This document shows, piece after piece, positions 8,687 through 15,848 of a DNA stretch of 27,225 nucleotides. The translations under genes and the position numbers were made by a program. The notes below the pieces were generated by a model. The model saw only the letters and a list, made by a program, of their open reading frames with translations, searched no databases and had not been told where the DNA came from. Source of the DNA: Myxococcota bacterium. GTDB lineage: Bacteria; Myxococcota_A; UBA9160; UBA4427. The DNA lies in contig JAYZFK010000087.1 in assembly GCA_036336835.1 (NCBI GenBank), positions 1 through 27,225 on the forward strand. Direction: 5' to 3'. Positions within the stretch are counted from its first letter, which is position 1. Every line of letters starts with the position of its first letter.

Positions 8687-9886
8687 TCAGGCTCCAGCGT
8701 CGCGCAGGCAACGCCGAATGCCTCGCACCGCCTGGCGGATTCGGTGCTTGTTCTCGACCAGGGCGAAGCGCACGAATCCTTCGCCCGTCGCCCCAAAGCC
8801 GACACCGGGCGAGACAGCCACTCCGGCCTCGTGGAGCAGCAGCTTGCTGAACTCGAGCGAGCCCATCTCGCGAAGCGCCTCGGGGAGCGGCGCCCAGACG
8901 AACATGGTGGCGAGCGGCTTCTCAATCTTCCAGGAGCCGGGACCCGGCTGCGAGAGGCCGTCGCACAGCGCGTCGCGGCGCTCGCGATACTCGCTCACGT
9001 TCTCGCTGACGCAGTCCTGCGGGCCACGCAGGGCGGTGATCGCAGCGATCTGGATCGCCTGCGGCATGCCGTAGTCGAGATAGCTCTTGATCCGGCGCAG
9101 CGCGTGGATCATCTGCCTGTTCCCGCAGGCGAAGCCGACCCGCCAGCCCGCCATCGAATGGCTCTTGCTGAGCGACACGAACTCGATCGCGACGTCCCTA
9201 GCCCCGGGCACCTCGAGGATGCTCGGGGGCTTGTAGCCGTCGAAGCAGATCTCAGCGTAGGCGAAATCGTGCAGCACCATCAGGTCGTTCGCGCGGGCAA
9301 ACTCGACCACGCGCTCGAAGAACGCGAGGTCCACCGTGTGGGTGGTCGGGTTCGCCGGGAATGACAGGATCAGCATCTTTGGCTTGGGCCATGTCCGGCT
9401 GACCGCCTGCTCGAGGTTGGCGATGAAGTCGCAGTCCGGTGTAAGCGGGACATTGCGAAGGTCGCCGCCCGCGATGATCGTCGCATACTGGTGGATCGGA
9501 TAGGCGGGATCCGGGCAGAGCACGACATCGCCGGGCCCGATCGTCATCAGCACGAAGTGGGACAACCCCTCCTTCGCCCCGATCACGGCGATCGCCTCGG
9601 CGTCGGGATCGAGTTCGACCGCGTGCCGGCGTTGATACCACTCGGTGATTGCGGCCCGCAGGTTCGGAATGCCGGGCGACGAGGAGTAGCGGTGATTCCG
9701 CGGGTCGCGCGCGGCCTCGCAGATCTTGTCGACGACATGCTCGGGCGTCGCGATGTCCGGGTTGCCCATTCCGAGATCCACGATGTCCTCGCCGGCGCGT
9801 CGCGCCGCGCGCATCAGGTCGGTGACCTCGGCCAGCAGATAGGGAGGCAGGCGGTTCAGCTTGTTGAAGTCGTGACGAAAGGACAT
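8687..9886 (-). CDS. alaC: PLP-dependent class I aminotransferase, AlaC-like alanine transaminase
   Basis: [56 protein letters not shown] and [23 protein letters not shown] lies before ATG 9886. The alaC-hom-thrC order is familiar. Confidence 0.85.
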   Translation of the reverse strand: MSFRHDFNKLNRLPPYLLAEVTDLMRAARRAGEDIVDLGMGNPDIATPEHVVDKICEAARDPRNHRYSSSPGIPNLRAAITEWYQRRHAVELDPDAEAIAVIGAKEGLSHFVLMTIGPGDVVLCPDPAYPIHQYATIIAGGDLRNVPLTPDCDFIANLEQAVSRTWPKPKMLILSFPANPTTHTVDLAFFERVVEFARANDLMVLHDFAYAEICFDGYKPPSILEVPGARDVAIEFVSLSKSHSMAGWRVGFACGNRQMIHALRRIKSYLDYGMPQAIQIAAITALRGPQDCVSENVSEYRERRDALCDGLSQPGPGSWKIEKPLATMFVWAPLPEALREMGSLEFSKLLLHEAGVAVSPGVGFGATGEGFVRFALVENKHRIRQAVRGIRRCLRDAGA

Positions 9887-10002
9887 CGGATCGCTCTCCG
9901 TTGACACCCGGGGCTTCGGTTGGGGCGAGTTGCGACTTGATCCCCTGGCAGCACCCGCCCGCGCGGCACCTCATCGCCTTCCAGGCCCATCGCCAAACAC
10001 CC

Positions 10003-10031
10003 AATTTAGTTGAGGAAAACTACCTTCTCCA
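10003..10031 (-). promoter_or_regulatory. Candidate sigma70 promoter for the alaC-hom-thrC-ribE operon (TGGAGA-N17-TAAATT)
   Basis: The only AT-rich patch in this intergenic region. -10 TAAATT at 10008-10003 and -35-like TGGAGA at 10031-10026, with 17-nt spacing. Confidence 0.4.
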
Positions 10032-10040
10032 GGGGTAGGC

Positions 10041-11387
10041 TCAGATCCTACTGGCGCGCCGCCGCAGCCAGCCGTAGAGCGGCCAGCCAGCCAGCAGCAT
10101 GCCCACGCTGATCGCGCTCTCGCCGGGGTTCTCGATCGCCAGCGAGACGGCGATCGCGGCGCAGACGAGGCCGTAGAGGCTCGGCAGCCACGGATGCCCC
10201 CAGGCGCGATAGGGCCGCGGTCGATCCGGCTGGAGCCGGCGGAGCCGGAGCAGCGCCCAGACGTCGGCGACAGCGGCGAGCAGGATCGAGAACGTCGTGA
10301 AGTCCAGCGCGTTTGGAAAGCTCCGCAGCACCAGTAGCAGGGCGCACGACAGCAGGGCCTGGATCCCGATCGCCGCGCCGGGCGTCCCGTAGGCCTCCGT
10401 CACGCGCTGTGCTCCGCCCACGAAGAGCCCGTCGAGCGCCATCGCGTACGCGATCCGGGGGCCCACGAGCACCGTCGCGTTCAGTGTGCCCAGGATCGAG
10501 ACCAGCACGAAGATCGAAACCAGCGCGGCCGACGCCGGTCCGAACAGCGCCAACGCGGCCGCGCTGCCCACATCCCCCGTACCGCGCAGCTCGGTCATCG
10601 GCAACGCGTACAGGAAAACCGCATTGACGAGGAGATAGACCCCGGTACAGATCGCGAGCCCGACGAACAGGGAGAGCGGCAGGTTGCGCCCGGGATCGCG
10701 GATCTCGCTGGCAACGTAGATCGTGGCGTTCCACCCGAGGTAGCTGAACAGGATTGGCGACATCGACAGCCCAAAGGCCCACAGCGTGATCGCCCCACCC
10801 CCCTGCACAGGAGCTTCGACGAGCCGGGACCAAACGCCCTCGCCGACCGCGGAACCGACCAGGGCAAACGCCAGCAGGGCGACGATCTTCACGACCGAGG
10901 TCACATTGTTCGCGAGCGCACCCCAACGCACGCCAACGTAGTTGAGGGCGGAGCACAGCAGCGTCGCGGCGATTGCCAGGGCCACTGTCGCCGGCTCGCC
11001 CCAGCCGAGGGGCCCGGCGATACCCTCGGCAAACGCTGCCGCGACGGCTGCAATGGTGCCCGTGTAGATGATGCCGAAGGTGAGCCAACCCACCATGAAG
11101 CCAGCCGCGGGATGCACCGCCTCGCGCAGATAGACATAGTCGCCTCCGGCCCGCGGGTACATGGCGCCCAGCTCCGCGTTGGCGAGCGCCCCGGCGAGCG
11201 AGATCGCCCCCCCCACCAGCCACGCCAGCAGGATCCAGCCGGGGTGCGGCAGCAGTTCGGCGACCCGTCCCGGTGTGAAGAAGATCCCGGAGCCGATCAC
11301 CGAGGCCACGACCAGGAAGACGGCGTCCGAAAGCCGAAGCTCGCGTCTCAGGCGGTCGAGCGGATGGGCGCCGCTGGACTCGGTCAC
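10041..11387 (-). CDS. APC-family amino acid permease, ~448 aa
   Basis: VIGSGIFF in TM1, AELGAMYPRAGGDYVYL, FSYLGWN...ASEIRDPGRNLP and RPYRAWGHP, with many hydrophobic segments. GTG 11387 follows a GGGGGA SD. Confidence 0.93.
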   Translation of the reverse strand: MTESSGAHPLDRLRRELRLSDAVFLVVASVIGSGIFFTPGRVAELLPHPGWILLAWLVGGAISLAGALANAELGAMYPRAGGDYVYLREAVHPAAGFMVGWLTFGIIYTGTIAAVAAAFAEGIAGPLGWGEPATVALAIAATLLCSALNYVGVRWGALANNVTSVVKIVALLAFALVGSAVGEGVWSRLVEAPVQGGGAITLWAFGLSMSPILFSYLGWNATIYVASEIRDPGRNLPLSLFVGLAICTGVYLLVNAVFLYALPMTELRGTGDVGSAAALALFGPASAALVSIFVLVSILGTLNATVLVGPRIAYAMALDGLFVGGAQRVTEAYGTPGAAIGIQALLSCALLLVLRSFPNALDFTTFSILLAAVADVWALLRLRRLQPDRPRPYRAWGHPWLPSLYGLVCAAIAVSLAIENPGESAISVGMLLAGWPLYGWLRRRASRI

Positions 11388-11442
11388 GAACTGTTCCCCC
11401 CAGCGCCACGAGCACGCTTCCCGGGTAGAATGGGCACCCGCG

Positions 11443-12987
11443 ATGAACAGCGCCACTGCCCTGCTCCAGACTGCCGCGGATGCCGGGTGCAGCGTCTGCT
11501 TCGCCAACCCCGGCACCACCGAGATGCCGTTAGTGGCCGCGCTCGACAACGTGACCGCGATCCGCCCCGTCCTGGGACTGTTCGAAGGCGTCTGCACCGG
11601 AGCCGCGGACGGTCACGCGCGGATGACGGACCGACCGGCTCTCACGCTGCTGCACCTCGGCCCGGGCTTCGCCAACGGCAGCGCCAACCTGCACAACGCC
11701 CGGCGGGCCTTCAGCCCGGTGGTCAACCTGATCGGCGATCACGCCAGCTGGCACGTCGGTGCCGATCCGCCTCTGGCCTCGGACATCGAGTCGCTGGCCC
11801 GCCCGGTCTCGCGCTGGGTGACGACGAGTGCCTGTGCCGACGCACTCCCGACAGATGCAGCGCGCGCGATCGAGGCCTCGCTCACGGGCGAGCGCGGCGT
11901 GGCCAGCCTCGTCCTTCCGGTCGATCTCCAGATCGCAGACGGCGCCCAGCCGGCACGCGTGGCGCTGCCCTCTCCGGCTGCGGCAAGCAGTGACGCGATC
12001 CTGGCAGCCGCACAGGCACTGCGGGAGGCCGAGCGCCCGATGCTCCTGCTGGGCGGCCGTTCGCTGCGCGAGAAAGCGCTGGTAAGCGCAGCGCGTATCG
12101 CCGCTGCCAGCGGAGCCCGCCTGGTCGGCGAGGTCTTTCCCGCGCGCCACGAGCGCGGGGCGGGGCTGCCGGCACCGGAGCGGCTGCCGTATTTCCCGGA
12201 GCAGGCCCTCGAATTCCTGGCTCCGAGCGACGCGATCGTGCTGGCCGGCGCCGCCGCGCCCGTTGCATTCTTCGGCTACGAGGGCATCCCGGGAGAGCTG
12301 GCGCCGGCAGGCTCGCTGCGCACCGCCTTCGGGCCCGAGCACGACGCCAGCGCCTCCCTGGCGGCGCTGGCGGAGGCACTCGATGCACCAGCGTCCGTGC
12401 CGCCTGCCTCTGCGCCACTGCCCGAGGCCCCCACCGGCCCCCTGACGAGCGGCACCATCGGCGCGGCGCTGGCACGCGCGCTGCCCGAGGGTGCGATCGT
12501 CGTCGACGAGGCGATCACCAGCGCCCTGCCCTTCTTCCTGCAATCATCAGGTGCTGCTCCCCACGCCCTGCTGGCATTGACCGGCGGCGCGATCGGCCAG
12601 GGCCTCCCCGTCGCAGCAGGTGCGGCGATCGCACGCCCCGATCGCAAAGTCGTCGCCTTCCAGGCCGATGGCTCGGGCGCGTACACACTCCAGGCGCTGT
12701 GGACCATGGTGCGCGAGCAGCTCGACGTGGTCGTGCTGCTCTGCTCGAACCGCACCTATCGGATCCTGCAGATCGAACTCGGCCGCGCGAACATCGCCGA
12801 GCCGGGCCCCGCCGCACGCCGCCTGGTCAACCTGGACGCGCCCGAGCTCGACTGGTGCGCGCTCGCACGGGGCTTCGGCCTGCCCGCAGAGCGCACCCAG
12901 CGCATCGGCGACAGCGAGCTGCTGGCGCGCGCCCTCGAGATCGCCTTCGCAGAGCCCGGGCCGCACTTCATCGAGCTGGTGCTCTAG
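11443..12987 (+). CDS. ThDP-dependent enzyme (acetolactate-synthase-large-subunit-like/decarboxylase-like), 514 aa
   Basis: CFANPGTTEM, the catalytic-Glu region LFEGVCTGAADG, LHLGPGFANG, GGAIGQG and the ThDP-Mg motif QADGSG...SNRTY. Confidence 0.88.
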   Translation: MNSATALLQTAADAGCSVCFANPGTTEMPLVAALDNVTAIRPVLGLFEGVCTGAADGHARMTDRPALTLLHLGPGFANGSANLHNARRAFSPVVNLIGDHASWHVGADPPLASDIESLARPVSRWVTTSACADALPTDAARAIEASLTGERGVASLVLPVDLQIADGAQPARVALPSPAAASSDAILAAAQALREAERPMLLLGGRSLREKALVSAARIAAASGARLVGEVFPARHERGAGLPAPERLPYFPEQALEFLAPSDAIVLAGAAAPVAFFGYEGIPGELAPAGSLRTAFGPEHDASASLAALAEALDAPASVPPASAPLPEAPTGPLTSGTIGAALARALPEGAIVVDEAITSALPFFLQSSGAAPHALLALTGGAIGQGLPVAAGAAIARPDRKVVAFQADGSGAYTLQALWTMVREQLDVVVLLCSNRTYRILQIELGRANIAEPGPAARRLVNLDAPELDWCALARGFGLPAERTQRIGDSELLARALEIAFAEPGPHFIELVL

Positions 12988-13108
12988 CCCCGCTCGAGTG
13001 CGTTGCGGACCGCTCGTCCGAGTCGATCAGGCGCGCCGAGCGCGGATTCGGGGGTGGCCGTACACCGGGGGTCGGAGCGACCAGCGCGCCAAACGCGACG
13101 AACGCGCG

Positions 13109-14785
13109 CTAACGCGCCGCTGCCCGGTTCACCGCGCTGGCCACCGCCTTGAGGGATGCCGCGGCGATGCTGGCGTCGTGGCCAACACCGAACAGCGCCG
13201 AGCCGTCCGATGTCACCACTTCCACGTAGGCCACCGCGCTCGCATCGGCGCCCGAGCCCACCGAGTGCTCGCTGTAGTCCGACACCCGGAGCTCGACGCC
13301 GCACGATGCGTCGAGCGCGTGGACGAACGCATCGATCGGACCATTGCCGTAGCCCTGGATCTGCTTGTGCTCGCCCTGCCACACGATGGTCGCCGACAAG
13401 CTCCGCGGCCCTGGCGCGCCCTCCTCGGCCGCGTGGACCTCGTGGTCGATGAGCTCGAGCGGCTCGGAGCTGAGCAGGTATTCGCGCTCGAATGCGCCGT
13501 AGATCTGCTTGCTCGTCACCTCTTCCTCGCTCTCCTCGGTGGCTGCCTGGATCACCTGGGCGAACTCGACCTGCAGCCGCCGCGGCAGCCGCAACCCGTG
13601 GTCCTGCTCCATCACGTACGCGATCCCGCCCTTGCCGGACTGGCTGTTGATGCGAATCACCGCTTCGTAGGTACGACCCAGGTCGGCAGGATCGACCGGC
13701 AGGTAGGGCACCTCCCAGTGCGCGTCGTCCTGTGACGTGCGCGCCGCCAGGCCCTTGTTGATGGCATCCTGGTGCGAGCCCGAGAAAGCGGTGAACACGA
13801 GATCGCCGACCCATGGATGACGCGGATGCACCGGCAGCCGGTTGCAGTGCTCGACCACGCGGCGCAGGGCGTTCACGTCGCTGCAGTCGAGCTCCGGGTC
13901 GATGCCCTGGCTGAACAGGTTGATTGCCAGCGTGACGATGTCGACATTACCCGTGCGCTCACCGTTGCCGAGGAGCGTCCCCTCGACCCGCTCGGCGCCC
14001 GCCATCATGGCGAGCTCCGCGCCAGCGACGGCGCAGCCCCGGTCGTTGTGGGGATGCACGGACAGGACCAACGAGTCGCGCTGCTTGACATTGCGTGCGA
14101 ACCACTCGATCTGGTCTGCGTAGACATTGGGAGTCGACATCTCGACCGTCGACGGCAGGTTCACGATCATGCGCTGCTCGGCTGTCGGCTCCCACACATC
14201 CATTACCGCTTCGCAGATCTCGACCGCAAAATCGAGCTCGGTCCCGGTGAAGCTCTCGGGCGAGTACTGGAAGACCCACTCGGTGTCCGGAAACCTCAAT
14301 GCCTGCTCGCGCACCCGCACGGCTCCACGCACCGCGATATCGACGATGCCGCTTCGGTCCTGGCCGAACACGACCCTGCGCTGGAGCGTCGAGGTCGAGT
14401 TGTACAGGTGGACGATCGCCCGGCGGACGCCGCGCAGGCTCTCGAAGGTCTTGTCGATCAGCTCCGTGCGCGCCTGGGTGAGTACCTGGACCGCGACAGA
14501 CTCGGGGATCGCGTCGCGCTCGATCACGTCGCGACAGAAGTCGAAGTCCGTCTGCGAGGCAGCCGGAAAGCCGACCTCGATCTCGCAGAAGCCCATGTCG
14601 AGCAGGGCATTCCACATCCGGCGCTTCCGCTCGGAACCCATCGGCTCGATCAGGGCCTGGTTGCCGTCGCGCAGATCGACACTGCACCAGATCGGGGCCT
14701 TGGTGATCCGGCGCTCGGGCCAGCTGCGATCCGGCAACTGGATCGGCTCGAAGGCTCGGTACTTCTCGAAAGGCATGTTCGACAT
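13109..14785 (-). CDS. leuA: 2-isopropylmalate synthase (yeast LEU4/mycobacterial-type)
   Basis: WCSVDLRDGNQAL, FQYSPESFTGTE, HPHNDRG, GNGERTGNVD, AFSGSHQDAI, INSQSGKGG and regulatory-domain GNGPIDAF. AGGAG SD lies 8 nt before ATG 14785. Confidence 0.97.
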   Translation of the reverse strand: MSNMPFEKYRAFEPIQLPDRSWPERRITKAPIWCSVDLRDGNQALIEPMGSERKRRMWNALLDMGFCEIEVGFPAASQTDFDFCRDVIERDAIPESVAVQVLTQARTELIDKTFESLRGVRRAIVHLYNSTSTLQRRVVFGQDRSGIVDIAVRGAVRVREQALRFPDTEWVFQYSPESFTGTELDFAVEICEAVMDVWEPTAEQRMIVNLPSTVEMSTPNVYADQIEWFARNVKQRDSLVLSVHPHNDRGCAVAGAELAMMAGAERVEGTLLGNGERTGNVDIVTLAINLFSQGIDPELDCSDVNALRRVVEHCNRLPVHPRHPWVGDLVFTAFSGSHQDAINKGLAARTSQDDAHWEVPYLPVDPADLGRTYEAVIRINSQSGKGGIAYVMEQDHGLRLPRRLQVEFAQVIQAATEESEEEVTSKQIYGAFEREYLLSSEPLELIDHEVHAAEEGAPGPRSLSATIVWQGEHKQIQGYGNGPIDAFVHALDASCGVELRVSDYSEHSVGSGADASAVAYVEVVTSDGSALFGVGHDASIAAASLKAVASAVNRAAAR

Positions 14786-14881
14786 CGAAATGACTCCTGA
14801 TACGGCCTGCACGCATCCCGCCGCGCCGACCTGCGGGGGGTTCGTGATCCTGATCCGGGGAGTCGAAAACGATCAGATCCG

Positions 14882-14933
14882 GATGCGCGAAGCCCCCTCC
14901 GGCCGGTCAGGGCGGGAGAGGGCTTCGCGCATC
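14882..14933 (-). terminator. Attenuator 3:4 hairpin in the leuA leader (19-bp stem, no adjacent U-tract)
   Basis: GAUGCGCGAAGCCCUCUCC (14933-14915) pairs with GGAGGGGGCUUCGCGCAUC (14900-14882), with one G-U pair. Confidence 0.7.
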
Positions 14934-14955
14934 TTCGACTGCTTCGAGTCTGGCG

Positions 14956-15027
14956 CTAGACCGCTCCCGCCCTGCTAAGGAGCAGGTTGAGTAGTAGGCG
15001 ATCCAGCGCGCGGCTCTCACAGTGCAT
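14956..15027 (-). CDS. leuA leader peptide MHCESRALDRLLLNLLLSRAGAV (23 aa)
   Basis: ATG 15027 to TAG 14956. The control codons CTA CTA CTC AAC CTG CTC CTT include tandem rare CTA. It lies upstream of leuA with overlapping alternative hairpins. Confidence 0.85.
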   Translation of the reverse strand: MHCESRALDRLLLNLLLSRAGAV

Positions 15028-15036
15028 GGTTTTCTC

Positions 15037-15065
15037 TAGGTACGCGAAGCGGACGGCCGCGTCAA
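15037..15065 (-). promoter_or_regulatory. Candidate sigma70 promoter for the leu leader (TTGACG-N17-TACCTA)
   Basis: Near-consensus -35 at 15065-15060 and a 17-nt spacer. The -10 lacks the final T. The leader ATG is 9 nt downstream. Confidence 0.5.
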
Positions 15066-15143
15066 CCCCAGCCTCATCGGGACAGGACGCGCCGGCTCGA
15101 GCCCGCGCTCGCTCGATCCGCGCGGCACAGGCCCCGGGGGCGG

Positions 15144-15779
15144 CTAGCTCACGACATACGTCGCGAGCTCGAAGTCCGCTCCGGATGCCACCGCGGCGGC
15201 GCTCGTCACCGGGTTCGCCAGGTCGGCAAACGAGCCGCCGTCCGAGACGAACCGCGCCGCGCGCGCGGCATCCGTTGCCTCGAGCTCGAAGACCTGATCG
15301 TGGCTCACATCGTCGGCTTCGTAGGTCGCGAGCCAGGCGACCCGCCCGACCTCGAGCACGATCTCCTTCACCACGAGCGCGTCACGCCGCACGATCGCGA
15401 GCCAGCCCCTATCGCCCGAAGCCGGCACTGCTGCGGCGATGCGCGGCGTGTCGTAGTCGTCCTTCTCGTAGTCCATCGCCAGCAGGCACGACGCCAGCGC
15501 GTCGCGCAGCGGAACGCCCGTGGCCACCTTCTCGACGATCGGGTCGGTGTGGCTGCCGTTGGTCGCGATCGCCCAGCCGGCGGCGATGCGCAGGCAGTTG
15601 TAGGCGATGTAGGGGTTCTTCTGGATGTCGCCCTCGTGCCCCTCGCGCGGCACGATCGCGAGCTTCCCGCCGAGATCGACAGCCTGACGATTCGGAAACG
15701 ACCGCGAGGACACCCGGTACAGCGCGGCGTTGGCGCCCGTCGTCGTGCGCCCCACCCCCACGATGCGTCCTACGTACAC
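15144..15779 (-). CDS. purO: IMP cyclohydrolase, archaeal PurO type, 211 aa
   Basis: MYVGRIV, YRVSSRSFPNR, KNPYIAYNC, NGSHTD, RDALA and MDYEKDDYDTPRIAA match archaeal PurO signatures. GTG 15779 follows a GGAGG SD. Confidence 0.9.
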   Translation of the reverse strand: MYVGRIVGVGRTTTGANAALYRVSSRSFPNRQAVDLGGKLAIVPREGHEGDIQKNPYIAYNCLRIAAGWAIATNGSHTDPIVEKVATGVPLRDALASCLLAMDYEKDDYDTPRIAAAVPASGDRGWLAIVRRDALVVKEIVLEVGRVAWLATYEADDVSHDQVFELEATDAARAARFVSDGGSFADLANPVTSAAAVASGADFELATYVVS

Positions 15780-15848
15780 CTCGACCCTCCGTCGGTCCGC
15801 CGCCGTCGGCAAGGCGCGCGTAATGCGGACGCTAGCAGCTTCGCCGCC

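Noticed and set aside
5994..8711. 905-aa ORF suggesting a large fusion to threonine synthase
   Set aside because: The N-terminal half is an off-frame read through hom. The real thrC starts at 7349, coupled to the hom stop.
10016..10038. CUACC/GGUAG hairpin followed by UUUU after the permease stop, as a possible terminator
   Set aside because: The stem is only 5 bp, and it overlaps the better promoter candidate. Too weak to call.
9887..10040. SAM, lysine or T-box riboswitch, or Thr leader peptide, before alaC-hom-thrC
   Set aside because: No SAM-I AUC..GAG/GCAACC..GUGC core, T-box motif or Thr/Ile codon run was found by eye.
12988..13110. Hairpins in the convergent gap between the ThDP enzyme and leuA (CGGAC/GTCCG; AGCGCGC/GCGCGCT)
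   Set aside because: Short GC stems are expected by chance at this GC content, and there is no U-tract on either strand.
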